The notes below the pieces were generated by a model. That model was not told the origin of the DNA. It did not search any database and worked only from the letters and a program-made list of their open reading frames with translations. A stretch of 64,000 bases of DNA, taken from positions 1 to 64,000 of IMG/VR virus record IMGVR_UViG_3300019888_000002; one strand, given 5' to 3'. Shown piece after piece: positions 17,858 to 27,020 of the stretch. The first letter of the stretch is position 1; the number at the start of each line of letters is the position of its first letter. Made by a program: the position numbers and the translations under genes. This DNA comes from a virus.

Positions 17858-19114
17858 TTAGACCGTGAACACTGCCGCGTTGATCGCCGCCGCCATCGCA
17901 GCGTGTCCAGCGTCGGTGGGATGTATTCCATCTGTCGTGTATCCGGCCTTCCACAGGCCGGTGATAGGTGTTGCCTCCGCTGCTGCTGCGGTGTCGAAGA
18001 AGCCGACTGCCGGATGACCGGACTGCCCGAAGCGGACCACTGTCGAGCTGCCAGCCGTGCCGGTAGCGACCGCCGCAAACGTGGTCGGGTTCAACGGTGC
18101 GCCGTCCCTGACCCATGCGTTGAACGGGTCACGAATGGCAGTGCTGTTTGCAACCGCGTTACCCGCGTCGGTGGACGGGATTCCCGTCACAGCCCACACC
18201 TTCATTCCCGCCATCGCCATGAACCGCCAGCCCTTGATTGTCATTATCTGGATATCAGAGAATATATATCCGCGATCGTTTGTCCAGTGCGCCCAGATAC
18301 CATGCGTGTGCTGAATGCCCTTGGTGAGCTGCATTCTGCGATAGTGGTTCTGGGGAACAACGAACTGGGAACCGGAAGACCCACCGACTGCGAGGTTTTG
18401 GTGCGGAATCCCGGCTGGAACAAGAGCGCGATTGACCCAAGAATTGTCGGAAACAGTACCGCCGAGCCCGTACTCGACGGACGTTCCGATTGTCATCACG
18501 CACGGTTTCGGTACGTTCGTGATCGCTGTGATAGCTGCTGGTCCCCACGAGTATCCCGCCGTGTACGTGTAGTTGGCCGCTATGGACGACATCGAAATGT
18601 CCGTGTTCGGAGAGGCTGAAGTGTCCAGTATCCCTTCGCCTGCGTAGACAATCGGGTTCCCAAACGACCATTTCATCCCGAGCGTTGCCACGGATACTTG
18701 CGTTCTTACCCAAAGGGTGTCTCCCGCAGTGACACGGAGCCCGACATTAAATGTCACCGTTTGCCCCGGCAAGAGCGTGTATCCGTTCGGTGGTGTGATC
18801 GGGATAGGGGCGGTGAATCCCGGTGGCTCAACTGCCGCGTACACCGTGATCGGGTTAGGGCCGTCACTCTCCCCTAAGGCAGTGATGTTCTGGACGTTCG
18901 AATACGAAATTTCCAGGGAATGGCCCGAATTGATCACAGGGTGCTTGGATCGCCATGCGAACCCCTGCTTCGTCCCGTCCGACAACGAGCCGGGATTGAA
19001 ATACGGCGGGAATACCCTATCGCAGACAGGAATACGGTTTCCTCCCGCAACATACTTGGCCGCAGCGGACTTCGACGTGAGTACTGGCGGGTCCAGCGGG
19101 TTCAGTAGCCCCAT
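17858..19114 (-). CDS. SGNH/GDSL-family hydrolase with N-terminal beta-domain (possible virion-associated esterase)
   Basis: Block I IGTSV, block II NLAVGGS, block III WTND, block V DGIHP. Confidence 0.8.
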   Translation of the reverse strand: MGLLNPLDPPVLTSKSAAAKYVAGGNRIPVCDRVFPPYFNPGSLSDGTKQGFAWRSKHPVINSGHSLEISYSNVQNITALGESDGPNPITVYAAVEPPGFTAPIPITPPNGYTLLPGQTVTFNVGLRVTAGDTLWVRTQVSVATLGMKWSFGNPIVYAGEGILDTSASPNTDISMSSIAANYTYTAGYSWGPAAITAITNVPKPCVMTIGTSVEYGLGGTVSDNSWVNRALVPAGIPHQNLAVGGSSGSQFVVPQNHYRRMQLTKGIQHTHGIWAHWTNDRGYIFSDIQIMTIKGWRFMAMAGMKVWAVTGIPSTDAGNAVANSTAIRDPFNAWVRDGAPLNPTTFAAVATGTAGSSTVVRFGQSGHPAVGFFDTAAAAEATPITGLWKAGYTTDGIHPTDAGHAAMAAAINAAVFTV

Positions 19115-19132
19115 ATCTCTATTCTCCGATTC

Positions 19133-19972
19133 TCATGCGTAGACCCAGATGACACGGCAGAATCCGGGACCGCCGGGCGAGCCCGCGCCGCTGTTGAACC
19201 CGTTCAGGCTGGCCCCACCACCAGCTCCGCCGACGCCGTACCCCAACGGTGTCGCGCCCGCTTGCGCGTTGGCCGTCTTCGATGCCGCGCCGCCGCCAGC
19301 GCCGGTTCCGGGAATGCCTGCACGTGCTGCTGGGCCAGCGCCAGGCAGGGCACCGGCCACGATGCCTCCAGCGCCCGCCGCGAGTGTCGAGTAGCCGACC
19401 TGCAATCCGCCAGCACCACCCGCGCCTTCGACGTCTGCGGAGGTAATACCTCCACCCGTGCCGGAAGTCGTACACTGCGCACCCCACGCGCCGGTTCCCG
19501 CAGTACCGACGCCGCCGGTCGTAGACGCGGCGGAACCAGCGATACCGTTGAAATTGCCGAACCCTGCGATGCCGCCTAGTCCGGTTGCATTCGTTCCACC
19601 TACGCCCACACCACCAGCGCTCATCTTCACGCAAGCGGTGCCCGATACGAACGACGTAGCAGTCGGTGCGCCGCCAGAATTCCCGTTCGTGTCGTCGGTC
19701 GTGACAGCAGCGCCACCGGCACCGGGGGCCGGAACGGTGACAGTGAACGTGGAGGCCAATAGGGCTGCCGGAATCCACACATCGTAGGCAGCTGCCGACG
19801 ATCCTGCCGACCCGCCACCGCACCGGACTGTTCCCGCTGCCCCGCGCCTTCCCGAACCGCCGCCAGCACCGGGCGGAATCAGGGTGACATAGCAGCCGAG
19901 GACGTTGGGCGGAACCGGAACACCGGAAACCGTGGTCGTGTAATCCGTCGACGTGCGTTTCGACTCTGCCAT
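19133..19972 (-). CDS. Glycine-rich fibre-like protein (start revised to ATG 19972)
   Basis: GAGGG/GGAGG-type repeats throughout; ends GGPGFCRVIW like phage Gly-rich domains. Confidence 0.75.
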   Translation of the reverse strand: MAESKRTSTDYTTTVSGVPVPPNVLGCYVTLIPPGAGGGSGRRGAAGTVRCGGGSAGSSAAAYDVWIPAALLASTFTVTVPAPGAGGAAVTTDDTNGNSGGAPTATSFVSGTACVKMSAGGVGVGGTNATGLGGIAGFGNFNGIAGSAASTTGGVGTAGTGAWGAQCTTSGTGGGITSADVEGAGGAGGLQVGYSTLAAGAGGIVAGALPGAGPAARAGIPGTGAGGGAASKTANAQAGATPLGYGVGGAGGGASLNGFNSGAGSPGGPGFCRVIWVYA

Positions 19973-19974
19973 TA

Positions 19975-20601
19975 TCAGCTCACCACAATCGCGGGAAGGA
20001 TCGAGACAGCACCGGAGGTGTCTCTGGTGACAAGGGGCTGCGTGTACGTCTTCGTCACAGGACTTCCGTACGTCACGGTGTAACTGTCGACCGCACCGGG
20101 GAACGCCGTGGACAACGCTGTTGCTGTGTATATTCCAGGCGACCCGTCCGGCCATACCACCGCGAACGACGTAATAGCCCCGTTCGCATCCCTCGTGACC
20201 GCGCCAGAGATGATCTGACCAAGGTCGCGGGCGAGTTGTGGATACCTTGGCGCTGTATCCGCCTTGCCAAGCGACGTTTGCACCCCCGCCGAAAGGTCCG
20301 TCGCGGGGATACCGCCACCGGGCCTCAGGTACTTCGTCCCGCTGCTACTCCACCCCGGATCGGAGTCGTACATGATGACCAAGGGGTCCGAGGCACTGAA
20401 ATCCGGCCCCACAGCCCCCCTCGGGAGAGTGAGGACGTTGCCGGAAAGCGAAGCATTGCGCGCGTCCGCAGCCGAATAGATCAACTCGGTGCCGCGCCGG
20501 ATCGAGCGAATCTGTTCCTTGACAGGGTTCGTCAAACCGGTCAGTGTGACGGTTCCTGCTACCGGGTTGAAGGCATAGGTAGAAACAAGCTGCGAAGTCA
20601 C
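19975..20601 (-). CDS. Hypothetical virion/fibre-associated protein, 208 aa
   Basis: AGGAGAG RBS; beta-rich; heads the 3-gene fibre/esterase block. Confidence 0.7.
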   Translation of the reverse strand: MTSQLVSTYAFNPVAGTVTLTGLTNPVKEQIRSIRRGTELIYSAADARNASLSGNVLTLPRGAVGPDFSASDPLVIMYDSDPGWSSSGTKYLRPGGGIPATDLSAGVQTSLGKADTAPRYPQLARDLGQIISGAVTRDANGAITSFAVVWPDGSPGIYTATALSTAFPGAVDSYTVTYGSPVTKTYTQPLVTRDTSGAVSILPAIVVS

Positions 20602-20655
20602 ATCTCTCCTAACACATAGTGCTGAATATATGTGCGGGTCGAGCTAGATGACCCT

Positions 20656-21048
20656 TCATAAGTTCGCGCTCACCCACTGCCGAAGCCACGGCTCGAGATC
20701 CTTGGCCCCCTGAGTCCCGAGATAGGCCAGATCCACTTCGTCCCAGGTATCCACCGACACCGGGACCTCGTAGAGACCGAGCTTGCGGGCGGCAGCAATC
20801 CGATGATTGCCGTCCTGCATCAGCGCCTGACGATGATCGCTGCCGAGCGCAATGCTCAGCGGCTTCTGGATGCCGTAGGCGGCGATGTCACGCTCCAGCT
20901 CCTCTTGGCGCTCGGCATCGCTCGGTCCCTCCATCTCGGCATAGACATCGAACTTACGGTAATGCCACGCTGCCTCGGTCGGCATCTGGAAGACCTCGTA
21001 GTTGTAGGCCACCCTGGTGAAGGTCTCGGCCTGACGTTGAATGCGCAT
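20656..21048 (-). CDS. ParB/sulfiredoxin-like N-terminal domain protein
   Basis: DIAAYGIQKPL...QDGNHRIAAARKLG..VPV signature. Confidence 0.85.
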   Translation of the reverse strand: MRIQRQAETFTRVAYNYEVFQMPTEAAWHYRKFDVYAEMEGPSDAERQEELERDIAAYGIQKPLSIALGSDHRQALMQDGNHRIAAARKLGLYEVPVSVDTWDEVDLAYLGTQGAKDLEPWLRQWVSANL

Positions 21049-21050
21049 GG

Positions 21051-21374
21051 TCACCACACTGCCGCGACGATAGCCCAGCCATCGGAGAATGCCGACTCGG
21101 CTGCGGGGTTGCTGTCGTAGACCGAGAGGTAGTTCTCGATCGGCTTCCGATTGCCCCGCTTGGAGGTGTCCCAGCCCTTCTTGAAAGCTGCCTGTTCCTC
21201 GGGAGTGGTATATCGAGACGCCAACTCCTTCCGAATCGCTGCCATGTCAAGGCCCTGGCTGTGGAGCTGGTGATATTCGTCGGTGTCAGCGTGATAGGAC
21301 GCGATGCGCATCCAAGAGTTCTCGTCATAGGCTGCGGGTTTGACGAAGGTCTCGGTCTGCTTCTGGATGCGCAC
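21051..21374 (-). CDS. Hypothetical protein, 107 aa, sharing its N-terminal leader with the next gene
   Basis: MRIQKQTETF vs MRIQRQAETF; GGGAGG RBS. Confidence 0.7.
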   Translation of the reverse strand: MRIQKQTETFVKPAAYDENSWMRIASYHADTDEYHQLHSQGLDMAAIRKELASRYTTPEEQAAFKKGWDTSKRGNRKPIENYLSVYDSNPAAESAFSDGWAIVAAVW

Positions 21375-21376
21375 GA

Positions 21377-22162
21377 CTACCTCCCGTGCCGGACGGACCC
21401 GGCCTCGATCTGGCCGAAGGTGCGCTCACCCTGCCGCTTCTGGAAATGACGAATTCGATTGGCCGGGATACCCACCTTGTTACTGGGGGCCAACACACAA
21501 AGCAGGTCGTTGTCGTCCTGGCTGAAGTACCCGGCCTCGGCAATGGCTGCCTCGGAGGGAAACACGTCGGCATGTCGGTCGAGTTCGAGATCGAGGAGGT
21601 GGTCTTCTTTGCCGCCGAGGGAGTAGACCCAGAGGAAATTCGACGGCACCGAGGCCAATGTCTCGAGCACACGGCGGAACCGAGAGACCTCCTTGGTGTA
21701 CGCATAGAAAATGATGTTGTCGTGCTCGCGAGCGATCGTGATCCAGTTCATCAGATACTCGTCGGAGAAGAAATCTCCCGAATCGTGGATGCGGATCGCT
21801 GCGGCCCCACGAACAAGCAGATCCTGCATCTTCGGGTCCAGATGAGCGTGAGACTCGAGCCCGATATCCCGGGAATATCCTTTGGGTTGAAACCGGCGAC
21901 TGTGTAACTCGGCGCTCATCCGATCGACAAACTCCTGAGGGCGATCCATCGCCAACATGAGGTTGGATTGGTGAGCGGTGAGAACATTGGAGAACAGATA
22001 ACTGCCGTTGCGGGCATAGCAGAGCTTGGCACATGCTCCGGCCTGCGGGCAGACGTTGATCACCCGGCCATCAGCAAGCCGGGTGACCCATGCGGGCAAC
22101 GTCCAATTCCAGACGTGATCTTTACGCAGTTCGGAATTTTGTCGCAACAGAGTTTTGTTCAT
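21377..22162 (-). CDS. GP88-like (radical-SAM-related) phage protein
   Basis: CPQAGACAKLCYA Cys triad, RIHDSGDF and FYAYTK motifs. Confidence 0.75.
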   Translation of the reverse strand: MNKTLLRQNSELRKDHVWNWTLPAWVTRLADGRVINVCPQAGACAKLCYARNGSYLFSNVLTAHQSNLMLAMDRPQEFVDRMSAELHSRRFQPKGYSRDIGLESHAHLDPKMQDLLVRGAAAIRIHDSGDFFSDEYLMNWITIAREHDNIIFYAYTKEVSRFRRVLETLASVPSNFLWVYSLGGKEDHLLDLELDRHADVFPSEAAIAEAGYFSQDDNDLLCVLAPSNKVGIPANRIRHFQKRQGERTFGQIEAGSVRHGR

Positions 22163-22192
22163 CCCGGGCCTTCACTGTAAGACAACAGAGCT

Positions 22193-22732
22193 TCAGGTCC
22201 ACTCGTAGTGAGCCTGCTCGGCTTCGGCCTGAGCCTGACCGAGGGAAGGCACCGGGCCACCCTGTTCGATGATCTCTTCGTCGCGAGACACGGACCAGAA
22301 GAACTGACCGGTACGAGGTTCGGCCACCGTGAGCGCACAGCCGTCGACCTCGGCATACCACTCGAAGTTGCCGTAGGGCTGCCAGTTGGCAGCCGTGCGC
22401 TCCTTGGCGGCGAGGACCGAACCGGTGCCGATCTCGACCCGGTACGAGGCACCGTAGCCGGGGCCACCGTTGTCGCCGGTCGGAATCCAGGGACTGAGCC
22501 CGGCCGAGTAGCCAGCGAGTGCCAGCGCATCGGAAGCCACTCCCCAGTTGCCATTGACGATCGGGGCCACTCCACGAATCACGTCGATCTGCGCCATGTC
22601 GGCGTTGTGGATCGTGATGAAGTCCGTGTCCTTCCACATGAAGGCATAGGCGGCACCCTCGACACCGGCCGTGATGACCGGGGTCTCGATGCGCTCCCAG
22701 TTGGTGGTGGGCTTGCTCCCGAGCTTGTGCAT
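22193..22732 (-). CDS. Hypothetical protein, 179 aa
   Basis: GGGAGG RBS; C-terminal W-rich beta module followed by an AQAEAEQ helix. Confidence 0.75.
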   Translation of the reverse strand: MHKLGSKPTTNWERIETPVITAGVEGAAYAFMWKDTDFITIHNADMAQIDVIRGVAPIVNGNWGVASDALALAGYSAGLSPWIPTGDNGGPGYGASYRVEIGTGSVLAAKERTAANWQPYGNFEWYAEVDGCALTVAEPRTGQFFWSVSRDEEIIEQGGPVPSLGQAQAEAEQAHYEWT

Positions 22733-22775
22733 GTCTGCCTCCCTCTCTCATCTCTTCCCCTGTGGAAGTGACTCT

Positions 22776-23270
22776 CTAGATATGTTTCCAAGACCGATGA
22801 GTTACGACTCCATAGACAGTCGAATCTGCAATCCCGAATTGATTCATCAGATCTCGGATGGAGCTACCACTGGCGTACCCAGCTCTGATCTCCAACACCT
22901 GCTTCTCGGTGAGCTTGGAGGTAGGGACACCCTCACCTTTCCGATACCGATCACGCTCCATAGCCTCATCGGTGTTTTGCCTACGGGTCCCAAGCTTCAA
23001 ATGATTCGGATGAACGCACCCCTTGTTATCGCAGGTATGAATCACGAACATGCCCCGAGGGATTGGACCGTGGTGGACGATGTAAGAAAATTGATGCGTC
23101 GGCCGGTACCTGCCAGCGAACCAGACCGTCCCGTACCAGTTGTTGACCGAATCTTCTTTCCAGAACCAGCACCCCTCCTCTGGCGGTGATCCGGGAAGAA
23201 ACCAGGAAAACACCTCCTGAGGAGTTAAGCCCGAGGGAGGAGACTTCCTCCTCGATCTCGATTTCGTCAT
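22776..23270 (-). CDS. HNH homing endonuclease with C-terminal HTH (start revised to ATG 23270)
   Basis: HQFSY...HTCDNKGCVHPNHL...N motif; C-terminal SIRDLMNQFGIADSTVYGVV HTH. Confidence 0.9.
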   Translation of the reverse strand: MTKSRSRRKSPPSGLTPQEVFSWFLPGSPPEEGCWFWKEDSVNNWYGTVWFAGRYRPTHQFSYIVHHGPIPRGMFVIHTCDNKGCVHPNHLKLGTRRQNTDEAMERDRYRKGEGVPTSKLTEKQVLEIRAGYASGSSIRDLMNQFGIADSTVYGVVTHRSWKHI

Positions 23271-23355
23271 AAGAAAATCGTACCACAAGTGTACCAAGTT
23301 CCACGCACTGTGCTCGGGGGTATCCCGAGGGAGAAGAAACGAAAGGAGGTGCATC

Positions 23356-23451
23356 GTGGACGACCACGTGTTGTTGATCATCATCCTGATAGTCGTTGCC
23401 ATTCATCTGGCAGTCGATCTGTTCGGGACCTACGGCCACCGTCGGGTGTAA
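23356..23451 (+). CDS. 31-aa single-helix hydrophobic peptide (type I toxin-like), antisense to the operon
   Basis: GAAAGGAGG RBS then GTG; MDDHVLLIIILIVVAIHLAVDLFGTYGHRRV; followed by a terminator. Confidence 0.65.
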   Translation: MDDHVLLIIILIVVAIHLAVDLFGTYGHRRV

Positions 23452-23465
23452 AAGGTCTCGACACG

Positions 23466-23507
23466 GAGAACGGCCTCCGGGCGTGATGCTCGAAGGCCGT
23501 TCTCTTT
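23466..23507 (+). terminator. Intrinsic terminator after the 31-aa peptide
   Basis: GAGAACGGCCT / AGGCCGTTCTC 11-bp stem followed by TTT. Confidence 0.65.
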
Positions 23508-23626
23508 CGGTGACCCAGCAGGAGGGGAACCCCCACAGGAACACCGTCCTGCTGGCTTCCTCCAGTCTAAGCCCTAACCACAACATGTTGTGGTGATGTG
23601 GGGTACTTCTCCCACACATGTAGGGG

Positions 23627-24247
23627 TCAGAGTTTACTGACTAGCACCTTGGTCACCTGCTCTGCGAGACCCTGGGAAATTCCAGCGGTCAGTTTCGTCT
23701 TGAACTCGGCCACGACCTCGGCCGCCGCCACCCTGAGATCCTTCTCGAGTGCCGCCTTGACGGCCTGGTCGACCTTGATATCGACCAGACTCTTGGTATC
23801 ACGGTCGTAGCTCGACGCCCGATTCCCACTCGTGGAGTATTTCTCGTTGAGCACTTCCTTGACACGATCGATGACCATTTCCCGAATGGTGGCCTCCTTG
23901 CCGGTGCGTTCCCCGTAACTGTTGGTCAGGGGGAAAGGATCGGTGAAGACCTTCTCGATCAAAGGCTCGATCCGGGCCTTGGCCGACTCGATGGCAGCCT
24001 GCTGCACTGCCTTGTCCAGAGTTTTCCCGATCCGTTGCTCGAGCCGGTGGACGAGCTGCCGGACGATCTCCTCCTTGACCCCGTAGAAGGGCTCGGGAAC
24101 CTCGACATCGGGGTCTCCGGTGTAGGCCAGATTGGGCCACATGGTCTCGAGAAGCTGTGCCGGATCGAACTGGAAGGTGATGGGAGCGAGCACCTGACGG
24201 GACTCGAGAGGGACAGACTGCTGTTCCTCGGAAAATGATTCGGTCAT
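23627..24247 (-). CDS. Hypothetical helical protein, 206 aa
   Basis: AAGGAG RBS; amphipathic helical sequence. Confidence 0.8.
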   Translation of the reverse strand: MTESFSEEQQSVPLESRQVLAPITFQFDPAQLLETMWPNLAYTGDPDVEVPEPFYGVKEEIVRQLVHRLEQRIGKTLDKAVQQAAIESAKARIEPLIEKVFTDPFPLTNSYGERTGKEATIREMVIDRVKEVLNEKYSTSGNRASSYDRDTKSLVDIKVDQAVKAALEKDLRVAAAEVVAEFKTKLTAGISQGLAEQVTKVLVSKL

Positions 24248-24304
24248 GGGGGTTCTCCTTGGGGAAAGTCTAATCGAACGAGGTCTCGAACAGTTCTCGT
24301 AACG

Positions 24305-24853
24305 TCAATTGACCGGAGTCAACTGTAAATCCTGCACTTTGATGGCGACCTCGGTGCCGTCGAGGGTGACGTAGCCACTTCCCTGGACGATGTCGTTGCT
24401 CATGACGCACTCGAACGCACCCGTCAGGCAGGACAACCGTTCCCAGTAGCCCATACCGCTCGTTGCGGTCGCCGTGTACTCACCGGGCGCGATGTCTTTG
24501 CCCAACTTGAGTGTCCCGTTCTTGGGGAGCTTCTTGGGAGCGGGAGGGGCCGGGGGTGTCGGCACCGTGGTGGGAACCGGGGCTGCCGAAGGAACAATCA
24601 CTGGCGGAGGCGGAACTGCTGGCAGAGATGCCTCGGTCGAAGTGTTACCGCTACCTGCGTCGTAACCCTTCTTGGCCGAGTCGGGGGAAGCGAGCACCGA
24701 GATGATGATCAGCAGTAACACGACTCCGCCGACAATCCAGGGCCACTTGTGCTTCTTCTTCGGGGTCCGAGGTGGTCCATAGTATTGCGGCCCGACCGGG
24801 GGCTGTTGCCCAGGGAACTGTGGATAACCGGGCTGGGGGTTCTGGTGGGGCAT
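24305..24853 (-). CDS. Membrane-anchored protein: Pro/Gln-rich N-terminus, one TM helix, Pro linker, extracellular domain
   Basis: WPWIVGGVVLLLIIISVLA TM; GTLKLGKDIAPGEY...GYWERL domain typical of actinobacterial surface proteins. Confidence 0.75.
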   Translation of the reverse strand: MPHQNPQPGYPQFPGQQPPVGPQYYGPPRTPKKKHKWPWIVGGVVLLLIIISVLASPDSAKKGYDAGSGNTSTEASLPAVPPPPVIVPSAAPVPTTVPTPPAPPAPKKLPKNGTLKLGKDIAPGEYTATATSGMGYWERLSCLTGAFECVMSNDIVQGSGYVTLDGTEVAIKVQDLQLTPVN

Positions 24854-25007
24854 GAGAGGTCCTTCTCGGTTGTGGGGGTTCAAGCTCGGTGCCTGTACTC
24901 AGACTGTACCATAATCATCAGATATAAGATAACTCGGCCTCGATTGACGAGATAACTCCCGTGGTACGGTGCAGTTATCTATTCTCACACAGAACAGGAA
25001 CCCCCAC

Positions 25008-27008
25008 ATGAGCTTCATCCAGCCATTGATCATGGCACCCAACCCCCGGGGAGCGGCGCTCCTGATCAATCGCACCTTCAAGGAGGGCGAGATCGATCAG
25101 TACAAGCGAGAGCTGGTCAAGAACGCCATCGAGGCCAATGCCACCGAGATCAGAACCACAGCTCTGCGCCTCGAAGACCTCGGGGACGAAGGAGGTGTCA
25201 AGGCAGCCTTCGTGGACAACGGCGACGGCATGAGTTCGAACAAAATCACCGACTACATCGGCGAACTGTTCAACGGGGCCTCCTCCATGGGTGCCGACGG
25301 CAACTTCCAGATGGGTGCCCGCGTGTCCACCCTGCCCTTCAACCAAGCAGGCATCCTGGTGGCCTCCTGGACCGAGGCCGAACCCGAAGGCACCATTCTC
25401 TGGATCAGATGGGACAAGACCGAGCAGTGTTACGGCGTCGAGCCCTGGGAAGACGAAGACGGAGTAGCACAGCCGACCGGAATCCCTGACCCCTCGCTCA
25501 AGCACGAGATCATCGAGAAGACCGGGCACGGGACCGTGTTCGTTCTGCTGGGCAGTAAGGACGAAGACCACACCGTCGGCGAGATCGGTCAGGGTCTCGA
25601 CGGCCACTTCGTCTACCCGGACGTACGCAACACCCGTGACGACCTGCTCTTCTACAACTCGAAGTTCTGGGTCCTTCCGGAGGAAGTGGTCCTCAAGACC
25701 ATGTGGGCTCCCCGGGACCTCATATCCTGGAAGAACAAGATCGCCCCGGGGCAATGGTTCGATGACATCGTGGACCACAACTCCTGGCGCTGGCGCAAGT
25801 ACGAAGGTGTCGAAGACCGAATCACCAAGTTCGCCGAGACCAAGGGCTCGGTTTCGGTGACCTCTCACCGAGGTCACAAGGCCACGGTTCACTGGGCACT
25901 GTTCCCCGAAGGTAAGTTCATCGGCCAGGACGGAAGCGGGGCCTCTCGAGACACCACCGACTACTACATCCCACTGGGACTGTTCGGTGAGATGTTCAAA
26001 GGCGAGATCTACAACATTCGGCAGTTCGGCAAGGCTCGCACGGCCATGGAGCACTACGGCGTGGCTCGCAGAGAGCTACGGGACAGGCTCGTCCTGATCA
26101 TCGAGCCGAACAAGAAAAGCGCATCCTTCATCGGTGCCGAGCCCTCGGGTGCGAGAGGCCACCTCATGATCGCCAACGGTCCACTGCCACACGAAGAGTG
26201 GGGTGAGAACTTTGCCCTGCATATGCCGCAGGCGATCAGGGAACGCCTGGACGACCTGAACTCGGCGAACACCGACGACCAGAAGGAGAAGATCAGGCGC
26301 ATCCACGATCGGCTGAAGAACTACTTCACGCGCACGATCAGAAGCACCCTGCCGACGGCCGAGGAGGCCCCGACCGGAGACGAGACCGACGAAGACGGTA
26401 ACACCGGACAGAATCCCGACACCGGCTCGACACCGGGCAAGTCGAGAAGAATCATCGACGGCCCCGAGTTCCCGCGCGGACCTCGGACAGGAATCAAGGT
26501 GACCAGGAGACCACGCAAGCTCTCCAGGATCGGTGGAGGGGCGAAGAAACGGGCTCCAGGGCTCAGCTCCAGTCATTCCAATCCGACCCAGCAGATCAAC
26601 GAGGTCTGGGACACGACCGGAGAGGAGTTCACCGACGGCCTGGAGGCACTCGTCGTGAAATGGGTCCCGGCCGGGCGTCGGCTCATCGTGAACGGGGCTC
26701 ATCCCTATATCACCGAGCTGCTGCGGATCGAGAAGGTGGAGCGTAAGGAGAGCAAGGCCGAGGAGGTCGAACGATACCTCAGGGAGGCAATCTTCACTCA
26801 CCTGATCAGCCACATCCTGTCGGTGGAGCTGTATGCCAGGTCCACGATGGCCGGGTCTACCGGGGTCGGGACCGACTTCACCAAGGCTGCTCTGTCCGAT
26901 CAGTCTCTCTCGGCCACGGTGCTGAATCTGCCGACACTCGAGTCTCTGGTCCATGCCAAGTTCAAGGGCCGAACCGGTCTCGGGAAGACCAAGACTCCAG
27001 CGGCCTAG
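25008..27008 (+). CDS. GHKL (HSP90/MutL/MORC-like) ATPase, ~666 aa
   Basis: RELVKNAIEA (N box), VDNGDGM (G1), GNFQMGAR (G2), HGTVFVL; C-terminal LIVNGAHP; RBS before ATG 25008. Confidence 0.85.
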   Translation: MSFIQPLIMAPNPRGAALLINRTFKEGEIDQYKRELVKNAIEANATEIRTTALRLEDLGDEGGVKAAFVDNGDGMSSNKITDYIGELFNGASSMGADGNFQMGARVSTLPFNQAGILVASWTEAEPEGTILWIRWDKTEQCYGVEPWEDEDGVAQPTGIPDPSLKHEIIEKTGHGTVFVLLGSKDEDHTVGEIGQGLDGHFVYPDVRNTRDDLLFYNSKFWVLPEEVVLKTMWAPRDLISWKNKIAPGQWFDDIVDHNSWRWRKYEGVEDRITKFAETKGSVSVTSHRGHKATVHWALFPEGKFIGQDGSGASRDTTDYYIPLGLFGEMFKGEIYNIRQFGKARTAMEHYGVARRELRDRLVLIIEPNKKSASFIGAEPSGARGHLMIANGPLPHEEWGENFALHMPQAIRERLDDLNSANTDDQKEKIRRIHDRLKNYFTRTIRSTLPTAEEAPTGDETDEDGNTGQNPDTGSTPGKSRRIIDGPEFPRGPRTGIKVTRRPRKLSRIGGGAKKRAPGLSSSHSNPTQQINEVWDTTGEEFTDGLEALVVKWVPAGRRLIVNGAHPYITELLRIEKVERKESKAEEVERYLREAIFTHLISHILSVELYARSTMAGSTGVGTDFTKAALSDQSLSATVLNLPTLESLVHAKFKGRTGLGKTKTPAA

Positions 27009-27020
27009 CTCGGCAACGGA

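Noticed and set aside
22776-23270. HNH gene as part of a group I intron or intein
   Set aside because: Lies between intact genes with its own promoter-like motif; no interrupted host gene or splicing motifs seen
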